A stretch of DNA of 64,000 nucleotides from Adineta vaga (GCA_021613535.1 CP075492.1:4712001-4776000); one strand, 5' to 3'. Counted from the stretch's first letter, positions 38,201-50,153 are shown. Numbers and translations are program-made. Notes: generated by a model from the sequence alone, not told the origin.

Positions 38201-39882
38201 TTCCAATGTTCACATTCAGTTTCATCAGTATGATTTTGTCCATGAATAAGTACAGGTAACATTTGAACATCTCGATCACATATGTGATGAATATTTATTT
38301 CATCCAAATTAAGTTGATATCTGATAGGACAAATTTCTCTCGACACTATTGGTGAATAACACTTCTTTTCATCGTCACATTTGAATCGTTGTGTATTGTT
38401 TGGTAAGCAACTACTTTCATATTCTTCTTCATCATCATTTAGATAACAATCAGAGATATGATCATTAAGACGATGTTTCGAAATACATTTTGATGAATTT
38501 CGACAGCAATACAAGACTGAATGTTGAAATTGAGAAGTAGTATCATTTTTGTATCGTATCGAACATTTACGAAAATAACGGTCAATTATAGTAATAATAG
38601 AGGACCATGTTCGAAATGTCATAGTTGAATTTAGAATAATATCATCACTCTTTCGACAACTATAAATTCCATAACGAAATGTTGGCTGAAGAAAATCACA
38701 TAGTTCATTATCGTAACAGATATAATCAGGTGCAAGTGCTAGATTATGATCTATATCGGAAATATTATTCACAGCATATAAAAAACGTACATGACCAAAA
38801 AGTACAGGAACAATTGGAAACTGAATAATATCAACATCACAACTTTGTAAACAGATGGAAATATTCGATGGTTCCAAGATTTTTTGACATGATATGCCAT
38901 TAATATGATTGTTAATTTTAGTTAGACAAATCATTATTGACCAACACTTATATGATAAATTTCCTTGTCGACTTATCGAATCATACAAGAATGAATGTCG
39001 TTTAGTAAGACACTCATCAAAGTCTCCTACACATCGTCCATCTCCACATTGAAATTGTTTGTAACCTGGAAAACATGAATGTTCTTCATACTCAAATATA
39101 CTTACATATCCATTTCTAGTATCTGATTTATCATGACATTCTGATTTATCATGACATTCTGGATAATCATCATGAAAAAAATCTTTTGGAATACATAATC
39201 CATTATGACAACGATATTCATCTTCATTACATTCGTTCATTTCCAACGCCAAGCATCCTTCTTCATCTGCACCTCCATCGATACAATCAATTCGTCCATC
39301 ACAGATCTCACGCCAGTCAAGACACATCATAGAACTTCCACGATCACATTGTAAATGAGTATAACAGGTCAGATTAGTCACCCGATAAGGTGGACTATTG
39401 AAGAATTTTTTTGAAAATGTTTTGCGTACAATAGTTTCAAAATTATAAGTTGATCCTAGACCAAACGAATATTGACATCGAGATCCAAACCATGGTTTTG
39501 TACAATTGAAAAAAATTTCATTCGATGTCGATGAATTTTCTTGTTGTTCAATGTAGAATTGATATCGTTCAGCTAAATCAATCGATGCAGACCATGAAAT
39601 AAGATCTTGTGTGCTCACATTTAGTTCACGTAGTTGATCGAATGTAAAATTCCCATTGGTTGTATTGGGAAATGGATCAGTCACTACATTATTGTTATTC
39701 ATTGAATCGACACAATATTCAACTATTTCTGCAAACTCCCACTCTCTATAACTATAATGGCGAAGACAATCAGTGTAAAAACTACCCACATTATAATTCT
39801 GATCAGTGTGGTACAAATTGAATTGAGTTCTTGTTATTGGACACATGAAGTGAATTATCAGTAGAATGTATATTTTATTCAT
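35260..39882 (-). CDS. GPCR with large LDLa + EGF ectodomain (1540 aa, intronless)
   Basis: Signal peptide, LDLa repeats (CLDWREICDGRIDC..DE, CDGFWSCPNGEDE), EGF repeats (CLCPSPYYGDHC, CHTGWTGARC) and a C-terminal 7TM domain with ALERL. Confidence 0.92.
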   Translation of the reverse strand: MNKIYILLIIHFMCPITRTQFNLYHTDQNYNVGSFYTDCLRHYSYREWEFAEIVEYCVDSMNNNNVVTDPFPNTTNGNFTFDQLRELNVSTQDLISWSASIDLAERYQFYIEQQENSSTSNEIFFNCTKPWFGSRCQYSFGLGSTYNFETIVRKTFSKKFFNSPPYRVTNLTCYTHLQCDRGSSMMCLDWREICDGRIDCIDGGADEEGCLALEMNECNEDEYRCHNGLCIPKDFFHDDYPECHDKSECHDKSDTRNGYVSIFEYEEHSCFPGYKQFQCGDGRCVGDFDECLTKRHSFLYDSISRQGNLSYKCWSIMICLTKINNHINGISCQKILEPSNISICLQSCDVDIIQFPIVPVLFGHVRFLYAVNNISDIDHNLALAPDYICYDNELCDFLQPTFRYGIYSCRKSDDIILNSTMTFRTWSSIITIIDRYFRKCSIRYKNDTTSQFQHSVLYCCRNSSKCISKHRLNDHISDCYLNDDEEEYESSCLPNNTQRFKCDDEKKCYSPIVSREICPIRYQLNLDEINIHHICDRDVQMLPVLIHGQNHTDETECEHWKCNNMYTRCDGFWSCPNGEDEANCTTKRQICPLKSLACVSPWNYTMICLSAHRVNDGNPDCLGSADELHYCRRNIRYENKYYGFRCWNDTQCITSIDLCDKRKDCMFNDDEIFCGDYQESCAKCKYINCTDVTETLCPIGNLGGVEFSLATLPVYPSSSGQRRIEYISQQSQNLHSIEKLITTEPYDRTWPWRCNNGIYVSLWPGNNSSNYRCLCPSPYYGDHCQYQNQRVSLTAKITVFDSKGIYSLIVSLIGEDGDHEEVHSYHELISISNRGCKRVQNAYLTYLSRPKNNSMNYSIHVDVYDKTNLKYLTSWYFPVPFTFLPNNRMPINLAISNDQPFRPKHCSLTCHNGECMKYINDVKIFCRCHTGWTGARCDIPIRCSDCSSDSMCIGMIHNRSICLCRVHRGGPRCLLPLSCPNQLCDNNASCVLIDDVPNDRGFLCNCTEGFMDLLCQIPKPRLEISLHNIRISSSIVLIYILWHSNNFMRFEQLEQTVLPQQLKMFQKSILIYTMMHFRMAFINIDENIYLIVVQQVDRYNVTTSVNPSQRCPLINEVLNSSLASLHQIRRMKYYYMICQTHLSLQCFFDEPYMCLCTIDRDANCLKFNATSPVCRHNTYCENGGRCLNDGTLCPVSTLCKCSDCHFGDRCQFHAKGIGLTLDDILRYDIQPNVNLFDQSILVKCCALLTIIMFLIGLINSALAVLTFRMKKSREVGCGLYLLASSVTSLLTVSMLTVKFWFLLFTQINLIANNSIVYGGCRSLEFILKVCLYMDNWLNACVALERLMTVKTGVSFNKLVSKRIAQWIIFCLPFVIMISIIHEPIHRNLFEDKYEEQVWCLFLYSRSLHTYNVFISLFHLLGPFCANLCSAVFIIIYTARQRAVLQSRISYRQHQWQQLMEHKHLIISSVILTVLSTPRIIIAFLSGCVKMSHNSQLYAAGYFISFMPSVSIFIVFVMPSDFYKEQFTKSVKIGLNLIVQR

Positions 39883-40632
39883 CTTGAAAACATGCAGAAA
39901 TTCTATCCTATATGCGAAAAAGAACGGTTAGGTGACGATGCAAGTTATTTCTTTGTTACATCGTTACATTTATTTCTGTGTAAGGTAACTTTGTGGGCAT
40001 GAGTGAGACTGAGGTTTTAGAGAGTACTAGTAAATAAGGACGTAAATGAACATAAGAGTATACATATATAAGAGACGCGTATTCACACTTCAAAGATTTA
40101 AATATTCCGAATACTGCTCGGTACCTCCACTAATAATCTATTAATTTAAAAACATAATCAACAAAACTCGAATGAATCTCATAGGGCTCGACCTAATAGC
40201 ATACTGATATACTTGAGAACACATTCTATGCCTCTAAAGGAACACAATTAAAATTACTCGAAATCATTGCAAAATTTATTCTTCTTTTCGTATATCTATG
40301 ATCTCATCAAATATATGTGCGTTGAGAGAGAAATCCTACACGATATATGGAAAAAAACTATTACCTTCAAAATGTCGACCCTAATGTAGCGCCTTTGTAA
40401 AAATATAAAACATTTTTATCACTCCTTAATTATGAAGTCAGGTGGCATTTATTTGAAAACGATTATATAACTATGGATATGTATTCATAGAGACAACATT
40501 TCTCGTAACACTAAAATACGAATTATCTTGTTCGTCAACCAATGTCATTCAAAATAAACGAGTTAATTCATATATTTGCCTTCTAAATCAAGAGAGAATA
40601 TGTTACTGTCTAAAGAATTGATTTATTTCAAA

Positions 40633-42308
40633 TTAAAGATATTCAACACGATATGAATCATACATTTGAATACGTGGATGAAATTGTTTTTTCTTATTAA
40701 TATTCTTCTTTGTTTTATATGAAGATCCAACGAAAATTGAATCTGAAAAAATCAAATCCATTTCTTCTAAACTTCGACCTTTCGTTTCTGGATAGAAAAT
40801 AAAAACTATCACAGACATTATGAAACAAAAGCTTCCGAAAATTAAATAAGTTCCATAGGTAATACGTTCAAGAAGAGCAGGTACAAGAAAGGAAACAAAA
40901 CAATTCGTTACCCATATTGCTGCTGTTGTTAACGATGTTCCTTTTGCACGCATACTTAATGGAAAAATTTCTGTACAATAAAGCCATGTTGTTGGTCCCC
41001 AACTTGCCGCAAATGCTGCAACGAATATATAAACTAGTACAATAATTGTATACGATGCTGTTTGATTCGGAATAAATACTTCTGTTATTTCACTTGTAGA
41101 ATTAAAAACAGTATATCCATGTATACCCATGATACTACCGATTGTAAGCATGGCGAAACTCATAATGATACCACCAACGATCAAAACAGGTCGTCGACCC
41201 CATTCGTCAAGATAGAGAATAGCGGGAATCGTAGCGAGAACGTTAATACATCCATTGATTCCTGTTGCTAATAAAGCAGCTCGTTGACCAGATAAACCTG
41301 CTTGTTTGAAGATTGCCGGTGCGTAATACATGATGGAATTAATTCCAGTAAGCTGTTGAAAGATTTGAATTGTAAGACCGAGAATCAAACGACGACGAAG
41401 TGGAAACTGAACTAATTGACTGTACGAACGAATTGATTGTTCATTTTCTGCAATAATCTCTTGTTTAATTTCATTAAATTCAATGAAAATATCTTGTTGG
41501 GATGATGATGAACGTAAATTTCGAAGAACAGCAAATGCTTCACTCTCACGACCTTGAGCCATTAACCAACGAGGTGAATATGGAAAAAATGGAATACCAA
41601 TTGCTAAGATCAAAGCTGGAAGAACTTGTAGACCAAGTGGAATTCGCCATGATGCACTACTAGATGTGAAATACAAATTCGTACCTTAAATATAGATAAA
41701 CTCTTTCTTTCGTCTGGTACTTAATTTTTCTTTAAATAAAAATTATACCATAATTAGTCCAGAAACTAACGGCGATTCCGATTGTTATTGCCCATTGTTG
41801 AAAAGATACAAGTCTTCCACGAATTTCTTTTGTCGAAATTTCTGATTGATAAACAGGAACAATCATTGATAATGCACCGACACTAATACCTATCAAAACA
41901 TTCGAATACAGATGGTATATATATCAAAACACGATAGATAATATTACCAGCAATTAAACGTGATATAAGTAAAATAGTTAAATTACTTGAACCTCCTTGT
42001 AATGCTCCACTTAGAACAAAAATAACCGAGAAGAGAACGATCGAATATTTGCGCGAAAATCGATCACTCGCTTGACCAGCTAAGAGTGCACCGACGAAAC
42101 AACCAACTGACATTACACCGACAATTGAACCTGCTATACCACTTGTTAATGATCCACGTGATATACTTGTTTGATCACCAAAAACAGAAAGAAAATTGGA
42201 CATCGTTATTACACCAGAAATAACACCAAGGTCATAACCGAATAGAAAACCACCGATAGCAGCAAATATTGCTGTACCATAGACTTGATAATTCGCGTGA
42301 GATAACAT
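40633..42308 (-). CDS. MFS sugar porter (fungal high-affinity hexose transporter-like), 3 exons
   Basis: GGFLFGYDLG, SDRFSRK, VPVYQSEIS..EIRGRL, WRIPLGLQ, PYSPRWL, QQLTGINSIMYYAP, SWGP..W...EIFP..MRAKG and PETKGRSLEEMD. Confidence 0.93.
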
Positions 42309-42759
42309 CCAAATAAAAATATGTTCGTTGAACACTAGGTTTTAATATACTTTATTCTAATCAATCGATAGAAAAGGAATTCAACTGACTATGATTTTTT
42401 TTTATTCTTTGTATTAGATAGAATCGATTCAAATACAAATGTAAGTAATATGAGATTCTCTATCAATAATCGGTTAGTTTAACCTTGTTGAATGAGAAAA
42501 GATAGGATGTAATAGTGATTACATTATAACAACAGTGGTATTTTTATTTCAAAGTACATGTAGAATCGTCATTATTACTCGTTCTAAATTGAGCATAAAG
42601 AAGAAATTAATAAAATAAATATACAATAAATCGAAAACATGTTTATTTTCAGTAGATTTGTTTGGATTGATCATATCACTCACGTCAGTGCAATGATTTG
42701 ATTTGTTGTCTAAGTTGAACATCGATACGAAGAAATAGCCGTACACGTTGTTTGTTTAT

Positions 42760-43490
42760 GTGCCGTCACTAGTATAAATACAAATAAAACTAGCTCCAGT
42801 TGTCATAGCAAGTGTATTAAAAAAATGTAATTATTCGTTGATGATCGATGGTTAATATATTCTTATTAACTATAGTAAGAATAGTATAAGTTGAATATGG
42901 TATATCAGATATAAAAAACACAAGCAATATTGAACATAGATGTTTAATTACCGTAAGTTTACATCTAGTATTATGCGTGTGAGTATCTCTTAACATTCGA
43001 TGTTGACTCTCTTTGATTGATAGAACTAATCGAGTATAGGTAAACGGAATGATCATATACGATGGAAGATAAATAAAACTATTCATTATCCAGATCATGG
43101 CGTATTGTGATACTGACACATTTTACTATGAATGTCAAACGTAAGTCGATTCATTAATGGTAACCAAATAAAGGAATCGTGAATATCAATCCATTGAACG
43201 ATCATTATCGTATAAAGTGTTATAAATGAATGATAAATGAAGCGATGTTATTCGTTGAATTAATAAATTGTAGGTGATGTTTGTCTTGAAGGTAGTGACT
43301 CACATGTGTAACAAGAAACTGTATGAAATTGTCGTCTGAAAAAAAAGTATTAGACTGATAAGATATCCGGTAAGATCGAAACTAATGTATATTATTGTAA
43401 AAGGCAAAGAAATTTCTCTTTCTATGAAAATGAGGTATCTCATCCATAAACTTGATATTAATGAAGACATGAGACCAATTAATACGGAAC
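42760..43490 (-). pseudogene. Fragmentary GPCR pseudogene
   Basis: TM5-TM6-like fragment (IYLPSYMIIPFTYTRL...LVFFISDIPYS) flanked by interrupted hydrophobic coding remnants. Confidence 0.5.
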
Positions 43491-44109
43491 AATCGGTATT
43501 GTATGATCGAATCTAAAATAATGTACTAGTATCTTTTAATCAAATAATTCTTTTCGAGACGCAACGAAAAAATACTGTTTGTTCAAAAGACACCAATTCC
43601 TCTTTAGATAAGAAATAATTCAAAAAACAAACTGTTGCTCATCGAATTACATTGTAACACATCTAATAGAAAAGAATTGATTATTGTATATGAACTTCGT
43701 GATATTTTTTCCATGCGTTTATTCAATGCTGATGATACATACTTGTCAACGATGATTCTAGACAAACGAGATATCGTTCAAATACATAAGAATAGGCATT
43801 TTCTTCACCGACATTAGTTACCGTCTCGAAAACTCTATTTTTTAAACTTTTTCTATGGAAAAGGATCTTAATAAGTTAATCCAGGGTGCGTAAATGAAAA
43901 AAATAGCTGTCACAGTAAAATTCTAACTGCTCCATTTTTCGTATGATAAACAATATTTATGCATCATACCAAGAATATGTTCAAGTACTTTAGAATGTAT
44001 TCAAAGGACAACGAGGATGTTTATGTTTTTGTGTATGCAAATTTACATAATTAAAATCTTTGATTTTTGTTTTGTTTAAAGTTAAATAAAAAAAGCAGAA
44101 CTAATCGAG

Positions 44110-45282
44110 TTAAGTATGTGAATCTCGACATATATGTGTACATCGATGTTTTCGAACACGAATAAGAAGACCATATGGTACAACAGATGATCTTCGTTTT
44201 GTTTTCCATTCAATTTCCTGATCTGATATAATTTGACAAACGTTTTTTACATATCCTCGTTGTTTAACGATTCCATCAGGATTTTGTTTACACTCTAGAA
44301 TAACATTTACATCATACCACTCATTATTCATATTCACAGTATCAATTCTACATATATGTTTAAGAGAAGCATAATGAATCGATGGTGACGTATAGATATG
44401 CTCTTTATCCGATAGATGTGTAGTAAACGTGTCGCCAGATAAAAGATGATCACCCGGTTTAGGTATAAATCGATTGCCAACAATTGATTCAATTTTATTT
44501 TTACTTGTTCCATAGAATGATGTATACCATTGTTTAAAAATAGTATTATCGTCTGCAAATGTTTGATCAATTCTAAGACCGAAACGTGTCCATCCTCTCG
44601 GAACGGTATAGTCCGATTTTGCGACTGTGAAACGATCCGTTTTTGTACTCGGATAACAATGAGAACAAAAACATCTGTCATGTGTAAAATCAAAATACGC
44701 TTTATTGAGACGAAGAATCCTCTTAGAATAATGGATGCATAGATTTCGTGGACATAGATCCGATAATCTTACAGGCTTCGGTTGAGGAACAATATCATCC
44801 GACTTTGCTTTTGGTATCATAGGTGTGAATACTGGTAATTCTTTCGCGACGACAACGTGTGTTCTGGCCGGTGGCGGAGAAACGACTGGAGGTGTAATTA
44901 CAGTGGCTATAAAAGCATAATTATATATTGGACTATATTCCTTTCATTGGTGAATCATAGTAAGAATATTTTATTTAACGAACAAATTATAGCAATTTAA
45001 CAACGTGATGAAGGATTTTCTTTTTTCTTTTTCATCCATGCTGAAATTTTTGAACAACACTTGTGTTTTCTACGAAGACCATAACAAATGATCAAGAGAA
45101 CAGCAACAAACATGGAACATCCAACGCTCACTCCAATGATCACTGACGTGTCAAAATATTGAACTCTACCTGAAAAAAAAAACAACAAAATGTACATGGA
45201 TAATAATGCACAATATCTATAATCTACCCTGTTGGATTTGTGTTGTAGTTCGAAGAAGAGATGAATTCGTGGTTCTCGACAT
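44110..45282 (-). CDS. Single-pass membrane protein with NEURL4-C-terminal-like ART domain, catalytic His replaced by Tyr; 3 exons
   Basis: Exon MSRTTNSS... (ATG 45282), then a TM exon VIIGVSVGCSMFVAVLLIICYGLRRK, a Pro-rich linker, and HDRCFCSHC...VPRGWTRFGL...SFYGT...IYTSPS...EIEW...VPYGLL. Both introns are phase 1 and compatible. Confidence 0.72.
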
Positions 45283-45499
45283 TTTTCAAAATGATTAAAC
45301 TTTTTTTTGTTTGTTATAGAGGAAGAAAAAGGCAAATGAAGTGATGCAATATATACTTCTACAATACATGACTGAAAAGAAAAAACAGCCATTGACTATA
45401 AATAAAGTGCAGTCGAATAGAAACAAAGAAAATGCATGTTGGAAGTTTTACTTCATTGTCAATAGAACATTGTTGGTTTTTCTCATCAGATTTTAACTC

Positions 45500-46408
45500 A
45501 TGTCACGTCGTTGTAACAGTTGTCACGGAATTACGCCTTCTACTAAGGTGAATTTTTGTCCACATTGTGGAAAACAGTTTAGCACATGGTCATCGCATCG
45601 AACAACATTAGCAACTCCATCCTTCACACGTTCTTCCTCGACTGTAAAACATGAACGACGTCCAACGGCTTTTTCCGATTCTGTTCATACGCGAGTAGCG
45701 TCATCTTCATCATCATTCAGCAGAAGATCTGGTGAAAGTGGCAAATATCCGTCTATATCGTCACGTTCTTGTCTATATGAAAGCATCTGTGCAGAATATT
45801 TATTATCATTACACTGGCAGGAACATTTTTTTGATCGTACACATGATCGTTGTTATTGCAACCATTGTTATTCTGAGTCACAGAGAGATACTATTGAAAC
45901 AGGTGGTTCAATATATGTTCTTCCACGTGGTTGGTGTCGATTTGGTCTTCGTGTTGATGACGTTCTTGCTAAAGTAAATCGAATTTGGAATGAATGGATC
46001 GTCACTTATCATGGAACAAGTCCTGATGCTGCTCAATCAGTTGTAATTCATCGTCAATTTTTAGTACCAGGTGATCGACGTATTGATGGTTTACAGATTG
46101 AAATCCATGAAGGACATATCCCAGGTAAATGTCATATTTATACATCACCAACAATTGCGTATTCAAGTCATCCAGTTTATTGTCCTAAACAACGATTTCG
46201 ATCGAAATTAACGAATAAATTGTATGATGCACGTATTGTTCTACAATGTCGACAAAAACCTGAATCTTTTCTAGTTCAAGGTGAAACAATCAACGCCGGT
46301 CAAAAAAGACTATGTCCATTTATACCAAATGAGAAAATTGAAATATTTACGACAGTAAGAGCGTCTATCGTTGTCTATGGAATACTGATTCATTTGAGCG
46401 AAGTGTGA
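45500..46408 (+). CDS. Zinc-ribbon + NEURL4-C-terminal-like ADP-ribosyltransferase domain protein, intronless
   Basis: N-terminal CxxC-x11-FCPHCG, a Ser-rich linker, then HDRCYCNHC, YVLPRGWCRFGL, TYHGT, IYTSPTIAYS, VLQCRQKP, EKIEIF and VVYGIL. Confidence 0.8.
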   Translation: MSRRCNSCHGITPSTKVNFCPHCGKQFSTWSSHRTTLATPSFTRSSSTVKHERRPTAFSDSVHTRVASSSSSFSRRSGESGKYPSISSRSCLYESICAEYLLSLHWQEHFFDRTHDRCYCNHCYSESQRDTIETGGSIYVLPRGWCRFGLRVDDVLAKVNRIWNEWIVTYHGTSPDAAQSVVIHRQFLVPGDRRIDGLQIEIHEGHIPGKCHIYTSPTIAYSSHPVYCPKQRFRSKLTNKLYDARIVLQCRQKPESFLVQGETINAGQKRLCPFIPNEKIEIFTTVRASIVVYGILIHLSEV

Positions 46409-46462
46409 CTTATTATTATTATTATTCAATAAAAATACATATTTTAAAGAAATTTAAAGAGC

Positions 46463-48442
46463 TCAGTTTTCTAATTCACAATCACATATAATTCGTTTGC
46501 TTTTGTTTCCATAAGTTGCAATGTCTTCTAACATCATAATTATTTTAGTCAACTTGCTCGGTTTGACAAAGCTCAAACAAGAAAGAATGACTACCATAAA
46601 AGGTAAAGCCAATGAATAATAATCTTCACGAATAGAACATAAATCATAATGTGAAACGCCATATTTAACTAACATTTGATAGTATAAATCCAGTGCGCGT
46701 GATTCAATTAAACGACCTTGATCATCATTAAGTAAACGTAGAAGAAAGACAATATCGATTAATCCATTTGCTCGACAACAAGTTTGCCAATCAAATAATA
46801 CTAATCGATGTGACTGATTACGTCCAATGAAGATATTATTTGTCCAGAAATCGCCATGCGCTAATGTATAATGTTCATTAGAAAGAGTTTGTAAAAGATG
46901 TGGAATATGTGTTATTAATGCTTTAGCATATGTAAATGCTTTCGATGATAATTTCGATTGTAAGAGTTGTATGTGTTCTTGATCAGCCATCTTTCGTGTA
47001 TATTCAGTATGATAGTGTGTAATGGTTGAAGTCAAACAAGGTAACCATGAAAACATATCTTGCTGTAGAAGTGGATGTTGAAAGAATTCAGCATGTAGAG
47101 ATGCGACTGAAGCGATTAAGAAGAATATTGTAGATTCTTGGAGTGATCCTTTCGGAGGTAATGGTTTATAATCAATGGAAAGATCTTCGAGAAGAAGTAA
47201 ACCTTCGTTTAATAAATGAGAATGACGAGCAATATAGTAACATTTAGGAATTTCGATATTAGAAATACGTGGAGCTAATTTCCAATAAAATTCAGGTTCG
47301 ATCGAAGCAATACGGCTAAGCCACATACCAGAAGAGATTTTCAAAACCATACTTGATGGAAAATGATCTGAATTATGGTGAGAATATTGAATATCATGAA
47401 GACGATAGACAGATCCATTCCAACCCGCACCAACACCAATGCGGTCAGATCTGTACGAATTAACAATAATCGATGAGCCTGAATAAGTAGAAAGCATATT
47501 TGATAATAGTTCAGGCGTTAATTCGGTGATATCATTAGGAAAAGTGTTGAGAACTGGTATCGATGTAAGAAGTAAATTTGAACGTGTATTCCATAATTGA
47601 TGTTGAATAATATAATCGGTGACAGAATCAAGTTGTATACATGACTGAAGTTGTTCACGTGTCATTGAAATACTTTGTGCACAAGCTCGAATACTACTAG
47701 ATGAAAGGTTCATATGTATTGATTGAACTAAATGAAACCTAAAGGATACGAAAAGAAACGACGAATCACTAGAGTACTATGCAAAGATTTTTCAATGATA
47801 CTTTTCTGGAAACGATGAAGCATTTCGTTTATCTTGCCAGCATTTTTCATGATGATCTTGAATTGATATTAAAGTATCTTTAATATTTTCAGAAGATCGA
47901 CGATTGAGAACATATATTGAATGAAAACCTAACTGAATTAAATTATCCGGTGACTTCGTATAAAAAAGTGCATCTTCTCCTTTTAACCAAAATATATCAA
48001 TATTCTTTCCATATGGAAGTTGTGTATGAAGACGTAAAACAAAAGCTTTCATTGTTTCTCTTAGTGAAATTCTAGACGGCTGAAATATTTCATTCAAATC
48101 GACCATAACCCAATCAAGATTCTCAATAGCTAGAGAAATCATTGATAATCGATGTCCAGCACCAATCAATTCTGCAGGTTTTAATTTCTTTGCAACATAA
48201 CCGGAATGCGAAGGCGAGATATATGCGCCTAAACATTCATGTGTTCCTAATTTATCTATGTAATTCTTTGCATCTTCGAGAACACAAAGATGACCTGCAT
48301 GAATTGGAACAAAACTACCATTATAAAAGCAAATAGCTGGAATAAGATTTGTTTTAGGAGTTTTTAAACGACGTTGATCAAGAATCTTAATATCAGTTGG
48401 TTCAAGTAATGTTCGATTGGCTTGAAATTCCATTCGTTGCAT
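46463..48442 (-). CDS. Fusion of HxGH nucleotidylyltransferase (NMNAT/cytidylyltransferase-like) and APH/choline/ecdysteroid-kinase-like domain (~638 aa)
   Basis: NGSFVPIHAGH, YISPSHSGYVAKK and HRLSMISLA. Intron 47739-47801 joins in frame to NLSSSSIR (NMNAT SST-IR motif). The kinase part has VLK, EPEFY, LLLEDL, HGDFWTNN and FDWQ. Confidence 0.85.
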
Positions 48443-48800
48443 TCGGTAACTTCTACAAAAGAAGAGTAAAATTTAAACATATAATGTATCCTCCATGGAT
48501 AGAAGAAAAAAACATATAAAGTCGAAATAATAATTGCACAACTGAATTATTTTTCGTCGACTGATAAAAAATAACGTTTTTGTTATTACTCATGAAACGT
48601 GATGAGGAAAAAAAGAATAAGAATAAACAGACTTTACTGCATTCTTTATTTCTGTCGTAAAGATAAAGAATTCAAAATATAAATCATAAAATGAATGAAA
48701 TGTGAATAACAATACCTAAAATTCATCAAATAATTTTCCTATAATTAAGATTCGATGGACAACGACACTCGTCTAATTAAGTCAATTAACATCAATTCGT

Positions 48801-49915
48801 ATGACTTTCAAATGTTTACCCGATGAATTATTCTTAATTATTTTCCGTTATCTTCAAAAATTTCATATATTTTATACATTCCAGTCTTAACCAACATTTT
48901 CAGCAGAAAATCATACCGTATGCGATTTACAATCACTGACACTAATGAAGAAAGTGAAAGAAATAGATTCTTTTGATTTTCTGATTAGCCTTTTATCTTT
49001 AACAAACACTCAATTTGTTAAATTTGAGTGAATACATGAAACACGACATCAGTTTTACATCAAACCTATTTCAACATTAAATCATATCATTAAAACAGTG
49101 ATCAATCTCGAAGAATCGAAGTTGTCTATATCGGCTTTTAATTATATTAAAGATACATCTTCGATTGAAATCCCTCACTGATTAAAGAAATAACAATTAG
49201 ATGTTGTACATGCGTATTGACTAGTTTTCAAGGTAAGGGAGCAACTTCTTAATATCTTTAAAGTTCAAAGACAAAATTTTATTTTAATTGTTAAGTCTGA
49301 AGATTATCAGTTTTCCAATTTCGATCAGTTTCGCTCATCTACAATCATTCGAATACTTAATAATAACTTTTTATCAACCTGATCCAAGATTTTATCCAAC
49401 TGTGGAACGTTTATCCAACGGTATGTTCTATATTTTCATTCTGGCAAAACCCTGATTGATTGACAATTCTGATCCTTGGTCATCGCAAGAAATCCTTTCC
49501 TTCTTAGACAAGAAACTTTCACTGGAACAACTGTCCAATTCTCATCAATACCAGCGAATGATATTTCGAAGACGAATTACGTTAATGCCAGTTGAGAATT
49601 TACTTGAGTGTTGAACTTGAAACATCTAAACTTTCGTTTGAAACCAACTGCCACTGCTCAGTCAATACAGACTTTTATAAAAAAATTATACATTTATCGA
49701 CAAATTTGAGTACTGTGAGTGTTCGTCATGATGATGCTGCAAACCGAATTTATCAAATGAAAGGATTATTACATTACACAACAGAAATGAAACTTGATAG
49801 ACATGTTTATCAAAAACTTTTTATATTCGAATATGTCGCTTTGAGAAACAAAATGAACTTAACTGTTTTCGATATATTTGCATTATATAGAATGCAAGTC
49901 TTTTCTATTCAGTAA
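48801..49915 (+). pseudogene. F-box/LRR-like pseudogene
   Basis: MTFKCLPDELFLIIFRYLQKFHIFYTF is immediately frameshifted and followed by fragmented coding remnants. Confidence 0.55.
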
Positions 49916-50153
49916 TATTAATTTGAATGAATACTGATTTTTCGTGCCCTACAACTAAGTTACCGATGTTTTTCTGTTTTGCTTTTTAAATTAACACGTG
50001 TGTAGTTTAGACGAAAATCGAGAAGCAGCGACAGAATGAAAAAGTCAACAACAAATGTGTGTTAGAGATGAAGTACTATTTTTCCTCTTCATATTGCGAC
50101 TGAGATACGCTTTCGTCGAAAATATTTGGTTTCATTGCGCATTAAGTATAGTT

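Noticed and set aside
44997-45392. 131-aa ORF as a standalone gene
   Set aside because: It reads through an intron; only its TM exon is real, as part of the 44110-45282 gene.
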